From positions 32,001 to 96,000 of the forward strand of contig JAVVEA010000009.1 in the NCBI GenBank assembly GCA_032250835.1: a stretch of 64,000 nucleotides of DNA, read 5' to 3'. This DNA is from a bacterium (lineage in GTDB: Bacteria > SAR324 > XYD2-FULL-50-16). Shown here in pieces: positions 1 through 9,512 of this stretch. The position numbers and the translations under genes were made by a program. Under the pieces are notes generated by a model. That model saw only the letters and a list, made by a program, of their open reading frames with translations, ran no database searches and was not told the DNA's origin. Numbering within the stretch: position 1 is the first letter of the stretch; every line of letters begins with the position of its first letter.

Positions 1-747
1 GCCGCCGAGAGCCGCAAGATCGACAACCTGATCGTGGGCGGTCGCTACGCCGACTTGGCCTTGAACTTAATCGACATCATCGACCGCAACCTTTTTGAGC
101 GGACCTGCGACGTCCGCTGGTGGGCCACCGACAACGCGGTGGTCGAGGCTAAGGCGGACCCCGAATTGGCCTGCCGCCGCTTGGGCGTCATCTTAGATTC
201 TTACACCATCTACCACGACCTTTGGCTGGCCGAGCCGGACGGAACAATTTTGGCCAACGGCCGCCCCGATCAATTTAAGGTGCGCGGTAAGTCGGTGGCT
301 GCCGAAGGCTGGTTTAAAGACGCCATGGCCACCAAAGATGGTACCGATTACGCCGTTGGCGTGGTGCATGAAAACCCCTTACTTGACGGCGCAGCCGCCA
401 TCCCCTACGCCACTGCGGTACGCGAAGGCGGATTAGAAAAGGGCCAGGTGATCGGCGTATTGGTGGTGATGATGAACTGGACTGGTCTGGCCGATGTAGC
501 CATCGAAGCCGTCCGGTTCAGCGAAACAGAGAAGAACAATAGCACTTGTTATATAGTCGATTCTAAAGGGATGATCATCGCCCCCACCACCGACCCCGGC
601 TTTTTAAAAGAGCACGTCGCCTTTGACAGCAGCGAACCCCAGAGCTACCAGTTCGACCGCAACAGCCTGATCGCCCAAGCAGCCACACCGGGCTTTGAAA
701 CCTACGAAGGCCTCGGCTGGCGCGCCGTGATCCGCCAATACCTATAA
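1..747 (+). CDS. Cache-domain chemotaxis/sensory protein, 5'-truncated by window edge
   Basis: Frame open from base 1; motif LIDIIDRNLFERTCDVRWWATD and C-terminal TPGFETYEGLGW typical of Cache-domain chemoreceptor-like proteins. Confidence 0.7.
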   Translation, partial: AAESRKIDNLIVGGRYADLALNLIDIIDRNLFERTCDVRWWATDNAVVEAKADPELACRRLGVILDSYTIYHDLWLAEPDGTILANGRPDQFKVRGKSVAAEGWFKDAMATKDGTDYAVGVVHENPLLDGAAAIPYATAVREGGLEKGQVIGVLVVMMNWTGLADVAIEAVRFSETEKNNSTCYIVDSKGMIIAPTTDPGFLKEHVAFDSSEPQSYQFDRNSLIAQAATPGFETYEGLGWRAVIRQYL

Positions 748-758
748 CCCCCCTCCTT

Positions 759-782
759 TGAAGGGGGCCCCGGTCCCCTTCA
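759..782 (+). terminator. Hairpin, probable terminator
   Basis: TGAAGGGG...CCCCTTCA 8-bp inverted repeat just after the stop at 747; weak U-tract. Confidence 0.5.
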
Positions 783-1000
783 GCATTCTTACGCTTTAGC
801 CCAGAACAGTCTGCGGCACTGCTTTGGTGCCTCCCAGCCCTTTTGGGCTAATGGTTCAATCCGCCTTGCGCTACCCCCCCTCTCCTTTTTCCTGAGCGTT
901 CATCTGATCGAAGGTTTCCGGCCCGCTAAGCTCATATTTTGTGCCCCATCGGGCCGTTGATTTTTCGTGCCCAAAGGATAGAGGTGGCCTTCCGGCAGGA

Positions 1001-1040
1001 TGGTAAGTTACCTTCCACTATTGGAAGAAAACTTTCCGAA
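1001..1040 (+). promoter_or_regulatory. Tandem imperfect palindromes, candidate enhancer (UAS) for HoxA/HupR
   Basis: TGGTAAGTTACCTTCCA and TTGGAAGAAAACTTTCCGAA lie 50-90 bp upstream of a sigma54 promoter, separated from it by an AT-rich tract. Confidence 0.55.
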
Positions 1041-1091
1041 TTGACGGGGTTAATTTTGTGTATATCATTGTAAATATAAACTATATTTCCA

Positions 1092-1107
1092 TGGCATGAT
1101 CTTAGCA
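1092..1107 (+). promoter_or_regulatory. Sigma54 (-24/-12) promoter of the hydrogenase operon
   Basis: TGGCATGATCTTAGCA: GG at 1093-1094 and GC at 1105-1106 (GG-N10-GC); a GAFTGA-containing activator is encoded at 17291. Confidence 0.75.
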
Positions 1108-1243
1108 AATAACGACCCTCTTAGGCCCACCAGATGGAAAGTTCGCGGTGCTGGGTGCAGAGATTCGGGGTTCCCATCCTGACGAATCACCAGCACCGCG
1201 TTCCTTTTGGCTGGGAAACGATCTTCAATCCTGGAGGAATCAG

Positions 1244-1819
1244 ATGAACTGGAAGAAATCCCTTTATGCCACTCTTGCGGCCGCTTTCGTTGCGGCTCCG
1301 GTTTACGCGCATACCGGTCCTATCGCCGAGGGCCTCAGCTCGGGCCTGCTCCACCCCTTCTTGGGCTTAGACCACCTGCTGGCCCTGTTGACGGTGGGGG
1401 TTTTAGCGGTGCGCCCTAGCGAAAGCATGCGCTGGTTCTTGCCCCTGACTTTTGCTGGGGTTATGGCCCTGGGGGCTTTGGTGGGGATGATGAATCCCGG
1501 CCCGTCGAACGTTGAATTTGCCGTTGCCGGTAGTGTGGTTCTGTTGGGTGCTCTGTTGATTTGGGGGCGTCAGTTCAACAGCATCATGCTGGTTTTTCTG
1601 GTTGCCTTGTCCGCCTTGATGCACGGTCAGGTCCACGGTGCCGAGGCCAGCGGCGCATGGTTTAGCTACTTGGGCGGTATGACCGTCTCGACCCTCTTTT
1701 TGCACCTCTGCGGGGTATTCCTGGGGACCCTTCTGGTTCGCAGGAGTGAGACTTCCTTGCGCCTCTACGGTGCCGCAACCTTGAGCTTGGGCCTGGCCCT
1801 CTGCGTAGGGCTGGTTTAA
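1244..1819 (+). CDS. hupE: HupE/UreJ family nickel transporter
   Basis: Signal peptide ending AYAH, GLLHPFLGLDHLLA and HGQVHGAE motifs; ATG 1244 after GGAGG RBS. Confidence 0.92.
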   Translation: MNWKKSLYATLAAAFVAAPVYAHTGPIAEGLSSGLLHPFLGLDHLLALLTVGVLAVRPSESMRWFLPLTFAGVMALGALVGMMNPGPSNVEFAVAGSVVLLGALLIWGRQFNSIMLVFLVALSALMHGQVHGAEASGAWFSYLGGMTVSTLFLHLCGVFLGTLLVRRSETSLRLYGAATLSLGLALCVGLV

Positions 1820-1822
1820 GCC

Positions 1823-2164
1823 ATGCACGAGCTTTCGATCATCAATGACGTGCTGGACTCTTGCCTGAGTGCCGCCGCTCTCGAAGGGGCCGGGCAGATC
1901 AACCGAATCCGCCTCAAGATTGGCGAGCGCTCGGGGGTGAGTCTAGACGCATTGGGTTTTGCCTTTGAGGTCGCCCGGATTGGGACGCTCGCCGAGGGGG
2001 CGCAGCTGGACTTGGTGGCGCTGAAGGCCGAGGCACTCTGCCTAGAGTGCGGCCAAGTCTTTCGCCCCGAAATGGGCCTCTTTTTAGAGTGCCCCCATTG
2101 CCAAGGGGTGGGCCAATTACGTCAAGGGCAAGAACTACTGATCGATAGCTTAGAGATCCAATAA
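1823..2164 (+). CDS. hypA: Hydrogenase nickel metallochaperone HypA
   Basis: N-terminal MHELSI, two CxxC zinc motifs. Confidence 0.96.
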   Translation: MHELSIINDVLDSCLSAAALEGAGQINRIRLKIGERSGVSLDALGFAFEVARIGTLAEGAQLDLVALKAEALCLECGQVFRPEMGLFLECPHCQGVGQLRQGQELLIDSLEIQ

Positions 2165-2180
2165 CTAAAGGAGACCTGTT

Positions 2181-2978
2181 ATGTGCCAAGATTGCGGATG
2201 TGTCGAAACCGGCGCGGTCACCATCGAAGGCGGCTCGGGAAAGCCCCACAGCCACGGTCCTCATGGCCATGGCCACCACCATCATGCTCATGGGCACCAC
2301 CACCACGACCCGGCCCCGCCCGGCAAGGTGAAGGAACTGTCCCTTAAAGCGGCCATATTGAGCCAAAATGATCATCTGGCGGCCCACAACCGGGAACACC
2401 TAAAGGAACAAGGCATCTTCACCATGAACTGGGTGTCCGCCCCCGGTTCCGGTAAAACCAGCCTGCTGGAGCGCATCGTCAAAGACCGGCCTGCGGGCCG
2501 CGAGGTGGCGGTGATCGAAGGGGACCAACAAACCACCCGCGACGCAGAGCGGATCAGGGCCCAAGGGGCCAAAGCGGTCCAGATCGAAACGGGTAGTGCC
2601 TGCCACCTAGACGCCCAGATGGTCCACCAAGCTTTACACAACTTAGCTCCCGCCCAGGGGTCTTTGTTGGTGATTGAGAATGTGGGGAATATGGTCTGCC
2701 CCACCGCCTTTGATTTAGGCGAAGACTTTAAACTAGCGGTGATCAGCACGCCCGAAGGGGACGACAAACCCCTAAAATACCCAGACCTGATTTTAAACTC
2801 GAAGGTGTTACTGATCAATAAGATCGACCTTCTGCCCTATCTGGACTTTGATCTCGCCGCTTGCGAGGCCAATGCCCGCAAATTAAACCCTCAAATCCAG
2901 GTATTCGCCGTTTCGGCCAAAACCGGAGAGGGCCTGGATTCTTTTTATCGTTGGTTGGACGCTTCCATGAGCGCCTAG
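2181..2978 (+). CDS. hypB: Hydrogenase nickel-insertion GTPase HypB
   Basis: MCQDCGC, His-rich segment, SAPGSGKT, ACHLDA, ENVGN, NKID. Confidence 0.97.
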   Translation: MCQDCGCVETGAVTIEGGSGKPHSHGPHGHGHHHHAHGHHHHDPAPPGKVKELSLKAAILSQNDHLAAHNREHLKEQGIFTMNWVSAPGSGKTSLLERIVKDRPAGREVAVIEGDQQTTRDAERIRAQGAKAVQIETGSACHLDAQMVHQALHNLAPAQGSLLVIENVGNMVCPTAFDLGEDFKLAVISTPEGDDKPLKYPDLILNSKVLLINKIDLLPYLDFDLAACEANARKLNPQIQVFAVSAKTGEGLDSFYRWLDASMSA

Positions 2979-3028
2979 CCCAAGTCAGGGAAACAAACCA
3001 CAAGTGTATCAATTAAGGGGAGTTGGCC

Positions 3029-4120
3029 ATGGACAATAAAAGAAGTATTTGGAGCCACGCGCAAGAAAAGGGCTACAACCGCCGGGACTTCATGAAGTTC
3101 TGCGGTTGGATCGGAGCCGCCGCGGGGATCGCCTCGACCCAGCTGGATCAGGTGGTCTACGCGCTGGAAAACAAACCCCGCCCGCCGGTTATTTGGCTGC
3201 ACTTTCAAGAGTGTACCTGCTGTAGTGAGTCCTTCATCAAATCAGACCACCCCTTGGTGGCCGATGTGGTCTTAGACATGGTCTCGCTAGACTATACCGA
3301 GACGCTGCAAGCAGCCAGCGGCCATCAGGCCGAGGCCGCGCTGCAAGAGACCATGAAAAAGTACAAAGGCCAGTACATTCTGATGGTCGAAGGCTCGATC
3401 CCCACCAAAGAAGACGGGGTCTTCTGCTGTATTGGCGGACGTAGTGCCGAGCAGATTTTAGAAGAAGCCGCCAAAGATGCCGCCGCCATCATCGCCTGGG
3501 GCAACTGTGCCTTTGCGGGCTGTGTCCAAGCGGCCAAGCCCAACCCCACCGGGGCCACCCCGGTGCGTAAATTGGTCAGCGGAACGCCGATCATCAACGT
3601 GCCCGGCTGCCCGCCCATTGCCGACGTCATGGCGGGTGTGGTGGTGCATATGTTGACCTTTGACCGCATCCCTGACTTGGATTCTCAGGGTCGCCCCAAG
3701 GCCTTCTATAGTCGCCGCATCCACGATACCTGCTACCGCCGTCCCAATTACGACGCCGGTCTGTTTGTCGAAACCTTCGACGACGAAAACGCCAAAAAGG
3801 GGTACTGCCTCTATAAGATGGGTTGTCGGGGTCCGGTTACCTACAACGCCTGCGCCGTCACCAAATGGAACGATGGAGTTTCTTTCCCGATCCAGTCGGG
3901 GCACCCCTGTATCGGCTGCTCGGAAGAAGATTACTGGGATCAAGGTCCGCTTTATGAGCACCTGCCCGAAACGGCAGGCTTCGCCATCGAAGGCACTGCC
4001 GACAAGATCGGCATGGCCGCAGCCGCCGTCACCGCTGCGGGCGTCGCCGCTCACTTTGTGACCGCCAACTTAGCCAAACACGAAGAGATCAAAGAACGCG
4101 TCAAGGGGAGTAAAGAATGA
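3029..4120 (+). CDS. hyaA: Group 1d [NiFe]-hydrogenase small subunit (Tat-exported, O2-tolerant type)
   Basis: Tat motif RRDFMK; ECTCCSES and GNCAFAGC carry the two supernumerary Cys of the [4Fe-3S] cluster; SFPIQSGH; C-terminal TM anchor. Confidence 0.96.
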   Translation: MDNKRSIWSHAQEKGYNRRDFMKFCGWIGAAAGIASTQLDQVVYALENKPRPPVIWLHFQECTCCSESFIKSDHPLVADVVLDMVSLDYTETLQAASGHQAEAALQETMKKYKGQYILMVEGSIPTKEDGVFCCIGGRSAEQILEEAAKDAAAIIAWGNCAFAGCVQAAKPNPTGATPVRKLVSGTPIINVPGCPPIADVMAGVVVHMLTFDRIPDLDSQGRPKAFYSRRIHDTCYRRPNYDAGLFVETFDDENAKKGYCLYKMGCRGPVTYNACAVTKWNDGVSFPIQSGHPCIGCSEEDYWDQGPLYEHLPETAGFAIEGTADKIGMAAAAVTAAGVAAHFVTANLAKHEEIKERVKGSKE

Positions 4121-5835
4121 ATCAGAAACGCATCGTAGTCGATCCCGTTACCCGGATCGAAGGCCACCTCCGCCTTGAAGCGGAAGTCAAAGACGGCAAG
4201 ATTGTGGACGCCTGGAGCAGCGGGACCATGGTCCGGGGTTTAGAAAAAATCCTGGTCGGTCGCGATCCCCGTGATGCTTGGGCCATGGTGGGCCGGGTCT
4301 GTGGTGTTTGCACCAGCACCCACTCCCTCACCTCGGTCCGCGCCGTAGAAGACGCCGTGGGTATGGCCGTACCGCCAAACGCCGAGTTGATCCGCAACCT
4401 GATGTTCTCCACGCTGCATATGCAGGACCATGTGGTCCACTTCTACCACCTACACGCCCTCGACTGGGTGGACGTGGTCAGCGCGCTCAAGGCGGACCCC
4501 CAAGAGGTCAGCAAGATCCAGCGCAGCATCAGCAAGTGGCCCAAATCGAGCCCCGGCTACTTTAAGTCGGTCCAAGACCGCATCGCCAAGTTTGTCTCCT
4601 CAGGCCAGTTGGGTATCTTCGCCAATGGTTACTGGGGCCATAAGGCCTATAAGTTGCCGCCCGAAATCAACTTGTTGGGCGTAGCGCATTACCTAGAGGC
4701 GCTGGAATGGCAGAAGGAGATCGTCAAGGTCCACACCATCTTCGGCGGCAAGCACCCCCACCCCAACTTGGTGGTCGGCGGTATGCCCTGCTCGATCAAC
4801 TTAAACGAGGTCAACGCCATCAACATGGAGCGCCTCAACTGGGTCCACAGCCTGCTTAAAGAAGCCCAGGAGTTCATTGATCAGGTCTACATCCCCGACA
4901 TCTTGGCGGTGGCCCCTTACTACCTCCCCTGGGCCGGAATCGGCGGCGGGTTGGAGAACTACTTGGCCTTCGGCGACCAGCCGACCAACGGCTACGCCGA
5001 TGTAGCCAAGTTCCGCCTGCCCCGCGGAGCGATCTTGGGCCGCAACTTGGCCGAACTGCATGAGGTTGACGCCAAGGACATGACCCAGATCAAAGAAGGC
5101 ATCGACCATAGCTGGTACAGCTATTCTGGTGACCAAAGCCCCAAGCACCCCTTCGAAGGGGAAACGGAGTTTAACTACACCGGTCCTAAGCCTCCCTACG
5201 AGCACCTCAACGTCGAGGAGAAATACTCCTGGATCAAGACGCCGCGTTGGAAAGGCCACGCCATGGAAGTGGGTCCCCTCTCGCGTATGTTGGTGGGCTA
5301 TGCCGCCGGCAGCGACGACATCAAAGGGGCCGTAGACGGTGCTTTAGGCGCGCTCAAGCTGCCCGTTTCGGTGTTGTTTAGTACCTTAGGCCGCACTGCG
5401 GCCAGGGCCTTGGAGTCTCAGTTGGTCGCTAAGTGGGCCTTAGAAGACTACCATAAGCTGATCGCCAACATCAAAGCCGGCGATACCAGCACCTTCAATG
5501 CCGAGAAGTGGAATCCAGAGTCCTGGCCCAAAGCAGCCAAGGGTGTGGGCCTGACCGAAGCGCCGCGCGGTGCCTTGGCGCATTATATTGTGATCAAAGA
5601 CGAGAAGATCGACAATTATCAGCTGGTGGTGCCCACTACCTGGAACGGCTCTCCGCGCGATGCGCAAGGCCAACGGTCGGCCTTCGAAGCTAGCTTGATC
5701 GGAACCCCCGTGGAGGACCCGGAACAACCTTTAGAGATGATCCGCACCATCCACAGCTTTGACCCTTGTCTTGCCTGCGCGGTGCATTTACACACCGAAT
5801 CGGGCGAGCATGTCCACCGGATCAACACCTTTTAG
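4117..5835 (+). CDS. hyaB: Group 1d [NiFe]-hydrogenase large subunit
   Basis: DPVTRIEGH, L1 RVCGVC, L2 DPCLACAVH plus cleavable C-terminal tail. Confidence 0.97.
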   Translation: MNQKRIVVDPVTRIEGHLRLEAEVKDGKIVDAWSSGTMVRGLEKILVGRDPRDAWAMVGRVCGVCTSTHSLTSVRAVEDAVGMAVPPNAELIRNLMFSTLHMQDHVVHFYHLHALDWVDVVSALKADPQEVSKIQRSISKWPKSSPGYFKSVQDRIAKFVSSGQLGIFANGYWGHKAYKLPPEINLLGVAHYLEALEWQKEIVKVHTIFGGKHPHPNLVVGGMPCSINLNEVNAINMERLNWVHSLLKEAQEFIDQVYIPDILAVAPYYLPWAGIGGGLENYLAFGDQPTNGYADVAKFRLPRGAILGRNLAELHEVDAKDMTQIKEGIDHSWYSYSGDQSPKHPFEGETEFNYTGPKPPYEHLNVEEKYSWIKTPRWKGHAMEVGPLSRMLVGYAAGSDDIKGAVDGALGALKLPVSVLFSTLGRTAARALESQLVAKWALEDYHKLIANIKAGDTSTFNAEKWNPESWPKAAKGVGLTEAPRGALAHYIVIKDEKIDNYQLVVPTTWNGSPRDAQGQRSAFEASLIGTPVEDPEQPLEMIRTIHSFDPCLACAVHLHTESGEHVHRINTF

Positions 5836-5844
5836 GAGGCTATC

Positions 5845-6534
5845 ATGTCTACCCAAAAAATATTGATGACTCCGGTGTACGTGTGGGAGGTCCCGGTGCG
5901 GATCTTCCACTGGGTCAATGCCCTGTGCATAGTGGTCCTGGCCATCACCGGATATGTGATCGGAAACCCACCGGCCTTGATGTCGAGCCAAGAAGCCTAT
6001 CATGGCTATTGGTTCGGTACCGTCCGGTTCGTCCACTTTGCGGCGGGGTACCTGTTCACCTTCAACTTAGTCTACCGGATCTTTTGGAGCTTTGTGGGCA
6101 ACAAACACGCCAACATCCTCAAGTGGATTCCGACGTCCAAGGAACAGATCGACGAGCTGATTTGCGTGGTCAAGCTGGATATTCTCCAGATGGTCTGCAA
6201 GCCCATTGAGTCAGTGGGGCACAACGCCATGGCGGCGCTGATCTATGTCTTTTTGTTCCTGGCCAGCTTCTTCCAGATCATCACCGGCTTCGGGCTTTTT
6301 GAGCCCATGAGCGGGTGGTGGCTGGCTGGTATGTTTAGCTGGATCGTGCCCTTGATGGGCGGTGATATGGCCGTGCGCTACTGGCACCACGCCTTTATGT
6401 GGTTTTTTATTCTCTTTGCCATAGTCCATGTCTACTTGGTGATGTACCATGACTACGTCGAAGGTCGGGGCGTCTTAAGCTCCATCGTTGGCGGATGGAA
6501 GTTTATCCACGTAAAAGACCAGGAGAAGCCATGA
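5845..6534 (+). CDS. hyaC: Ni/Fe-hydrogenase b-type cytochrome subunit
   Basis: VYVWEVPVRIFHW, four TM helices with heme-ligand His, GHNAMA. Confidence 0.95.
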   Translation: MSTQKILMTPVYVWEVPVRIFHWVNALCIVVLAITGYVIGNPPALMSSQEAYHGYWFGTVRFVHFAAGYLFTFNLVYRIFWSFVGNKHANILKWIPTSKEQIDELICVVKLDILQMVCKPIESVGHNAMAALIYVFLFLASFFQIITGFGLFEPMSGWWLAGMFSWIVPLMGGDMAVRYWHHAFMWFFILFAIVHVYLVMYHDYVEGRGVLSSIVGGWKFIHVKDQEKP

Positions 6535-7031
6535 AATTTTTGCTCCCCGAGCGGCAGTTGTTGGTGCTGGGTATTGGCAACTTGATCATGGGCGACGAAG
6601 GCGTCGGGGTCCACGCCATTGAACGTTTGGAGCCCCTGGCCGACGAACTCAACGCCGACGTAGTGGACGGGGGAACCGGCGGGTTCCACCTGCTCAACCT
6701 GCTCGATGAATATCCTTACATCATCCTGATCGACGCCACTTTGGATAACGGCGTCGAGGGGGAGGTGAAGGTGATCGAGCCGCGCTACACCACCGACTAC
6801 CCCAAGAGCCTCTCGGCCCACGACATCGGGTTTAAAGACCTGATCGAGTCGGCGGCGGCGCTGGGGTCGAACCCGAAGGTCTATTTGATCATCATCTCCA
6901 TCAAAGAGTTGCAAAACATGATGTTGGAGCTTTCGCCGGCCGTAGAGGCCTCTTTAGATACCGTCGTTTCCGAAGTGAAGCGGCTGGCCGCCAAGGTGCA
7001 TGAGGAAATGGGGGTTGCGGCCAACTCATGA
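6531..7031 (+). CDS. hyaD: Hydrogenase maturation endopeptidase
   Basis: LGIGNLIMGDEGVG, DGGTGG, SAHD; ATGA overlap with the cytochrome b gene. Confidence 0.93.
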   Translation: MKFLLPERQLLVLGIGNLIMGDEGVGVHAIERLEPLADELNADVVDGGTGGFHLLNLLDEYPYIILIDATLDNGVEGEVKVIEPRYTTDYPKSLSAHDIGFKDLIESAAALGSNPKVYLIIISIKELQNMMLELSPAVEASLDTVVSEVKRLAAKVHEEMGVAANS

Positions 7032-9304
7032 CCCGCATATACGTCCAAATTAAGGGCCGGGTCCAAGGCATTGGATTCCGGCCCTTTGTTTTTCGGCTCG
7101 CCTCAACCCGACAGCTCTGCGGATGGGTGCGCAACGGCCCCCTGGGGGTGGAGATCCAGGTCCAAGGTGAGGGGGCGGCGCTGCGGGACTTTTTGCTGCA
7201 CCTGGAACTGGACCTTCCCCCGCTGGCGGCGATCCACCAGATGTCTGCCGAAGAGATCGAACCCGAGGAGTCCCGCGAATTCCTGATCGCCCCGAGCCTG
7301 CAGGTCGGCGAACCCGAGGCCCTAGTTCTGCCCGATTTGGCCACCTGCCCGGACTGTTTGGCCGAGGTAAAGGACCCGACCAACCGGCGCTACCGCTACC
7401 CTTTCACCAATTGCACCTCCTGCGGCCCCAGGTTTAGCATCATCAGCGGCTTGCCCTACGACCGGCCCGCCACGACCATGAAGGGCTTTAAAATGTGCCC
7501 AGCCTGTCAGGCGGAATACGAGAACCCCGCGGACCGCCGCTTCCACGCCCAGCCCAACGCCTGCCCAGATTGCGGGCCCCAGGTTCAGGCCTTTGATCCG
7601 GCGGGAACGGCACTTGCGCAAGGTGAAGCAGCACTAGCGTTGGCTACCAACCGCCTCAAGGCAGGCGAAGTGGTAGCCCTCAAGGGGATCGGCGGCTTTC
7701 TGCTGCTCTGCCGCGCCGACCAAGCGGCCAGGATAAACCAGCTAAGGGAGGCCAAACACCGGGCCCATAAGCCCTTCGCCCTGATGTTGCCTAACCTGGA
7801 CTGGGCCCACCGGCTCTGCCACCTAGAGCCCGCCGAAGAAGTCCTGCTAAAGGGGCCCGAAGCGCCGATCCTATTGGCGCGCCGCCGCTTTGAGGCGAGC
7901 GAATGGGTGGCCGAAGCCGTCGCCCCTGGGGCCTTGGATTTAGGCGTTATGTTGCCCTACAGCCCGCTGCATCATTTGGTCTTAAGCGAGTTGGACCTTC
8001 CTTTGCTGGCGACCAGCGGGAACCAGGGCGGCGAGCCGATCTGCACCGAATTGAGCGAGGCTATAGAAAAGCTAGGCGGGCTCTGTGACCTGATCTTGGA
8101 CCACAACCGACCAATCATACGCCCGATGGAAGACTCGGTGGTCCGCTACAGCAACGGCGGGGTTCAGGTCTTGAGGCTGGCGCGAGGTTATGCGCCCTTG
8201 GTTTTAGATCTAGGGCATCGACTCGAAACCGGGCTGGCTTTAGCGGGGCAGCAAAAGACTGCCTTAGCGCTCTCAAAAGGAAGCCAAGTGATCTTAGGGG
8301 CCTACCTGGGCGATATGGACAACCCCAGGGCCCAAGCGGGCTTTGAGCAAGCCGCCCAGGACTTGCCCAAGCTTTACCGGGCCCAGCCGCAATATTTGGC
8401 GAGCGACGAACACCCCGGCTACTACGGCAGCCGCTGGGCCGCTAGCCATGACCTGCCGCGCCGCCGGTTCAGCCACCACCGCAGCCACCTTTGGGCGCTG
8501 ATGGCCGAAGCCCGGATCACCGGCGAGATCTTGGGCTTTGCTTGGGACGGAACGGGGCTAGGCGACGATGGCAACATTTGGGGCGGCGAGGTCTTCGCTG
8601 GACCGGCGGACCAATTGCAGCGGATCGCTGGATTGCCGAGCTTTGCGCTGATCGGCGGCGAGGCGGCGATGGCCGAGCCGATTAGGATCGCCTACGCACT
8701 TTGGTACCAGATCAAGGGCGAAGCGGTCTTTGAGCGCCCCGAAGATTTTTTGCTGCCCGCTTTACCGCCCACCGAGGCGGCCCTCTGGCCCCAGATGTTG
8801 GCCAAGGGGCTCAACTGCCCGCAGACCAGCAGCATGGGCCGCCTCTTTGACGGGGTCTCGGCTTGGTTGGGCTGCTGCTGCGAGGTAACCTATGAAGGCC
8901 AGGGAGCCATTGAGCTAGAACAGGCCGCCAGGCGCTGGACCGGAAGGCCGCCCGCCGCCTTGGAAGGTGAACCGATGGATTGGCCTGCTTTGCTGGTTCA
9001 CTTACAGAACCTAGTTCAAGAAGGGGCGAGCCTTGAACTTTGTGCCTCAGTCTTCCATAATCAACTGACCGCCTGGATTGGCCAGCTCGCTGCGGCCCAT
9101 CCAGCCCAACAGGTCCTTTTGAGCGGCGGCTGTTTCCAGAACCGCTGGCTGAGCGAAGCGGCGGTATTGGGGCTGAAAGAGTTGGGAAAAATCCCCGTGA
9201 TCCACCGTTTATTGCCGCCCAACGACGGGGCTTTGGCGGTTGGTCAATTATTTGGTGCCTTGTTCCATCAGGAGAATCGCCATGTGTCAAGCCTTGCCCG
9301 GTAG
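7028..9304 (+). CDS. hypF: Carbamoyltransferase HypF
   Basis: Acylphosphatase GRVQGIGFRPF, zinc fingers, KGIGGF, HHRSH, DGTGLG, PPNDG. Confidence 0.97.
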   Translation: MTRIYVQIKGRVQGIGFRPFVFRLASTRQLCGWVRNGPLGVEIQVQGEGAALRDFLLHLELDLPPLAAIHQMSAEEIEPEESREFLIAPSLQVGEPEALVLPDLATCPDCLAEVKDPTNRRYRYPFTNCTSCGPRFSIISGLPYDRPATTMKGFKMCPACQAEYENPADRRFHAQPNACPDCGPQVQAFDPAGTALAQGEAALALATNRLKAGEVVALKGIGGFLLLCRADQAARINQLREAKHRAHKPFALMLPNLDWAHRLCHLEPAEEVLLKGPEAPILLARRRFEASEWVAEAVAPGALDLGVMLPYSPLHHLVLSELDLPLLATSGNQGGEPICTELSEAIEKLGGLCDLILDHNRPIIRPMEDSVVRYSNGGVQVLRLARGYAPLVLDLGHRLETGLALAGQQKTALALSKGSQVILGAYLGDMDNPRAQAGFEQAAQDLPKLYRAQPQYLASDEHPGYYGSRWAASHDLPRRRFSHHRSHLWALMAEARITGEILGFAWDGTGLGDDGNIWGGEVFAGPADQLQRIAGLPSFALIGGEAAMAEPIRIAYALWYQIKGEAVFERPEDFLLPALPPTEAALWPQMLAKGLNCPQTSSMGRLFDGVSAWLGCCCEVTYEGQGAIELEQAARRWTGRPPAALEGEPMDWPALLVHLQNLVQEGASLELCASVFHNQLTAWIGQLAAAHPAQQVLLSGGCFQNRWLSEAAVLGLKELGKIPVIHRLLPPNDGALAVGQLFGALFHQENRHVSSLAR

Positions 9305-9512
9305 GGTGCTCAGTTTTGTTGAAGGGTCCGACCCCCTGACCGCTCAGGTGGACTTCGCCGGGCTCAACCGCGCCATCTGTATGGACTGCGTGCCCGATGC
9401 GAAGGTCGGTGATTATGTGATCGTCCATGCCGGATTTGCCATCAGCTGCATGGACGAGGCAGAGGCCCAAGAGACGCTGGCGCTCTTTAAGCAGTTAGGG
9501 GAACCGTCATGA
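9282..9512 (+). CDS. hypC: Hydrogenase chaperone HypC
   Basis: MCQALPG start after GGAGA RBS; VGDYVIVHAGFAI. Confidence 0.96.
   Translation: MCQALPGRVLSFVEGSDPLTAQVDFAGLNRAICMDCVPDAKVGDYVIVHAGFAISCMDEAEAQETLALFKQLGEPS

Noticed and set aside
1110-1243. NiCo or cobalamin riboswitch upstream of hupE
   Set aside because: Consensus elements of either class were not recognisable; reported only as an unknown hairpin.
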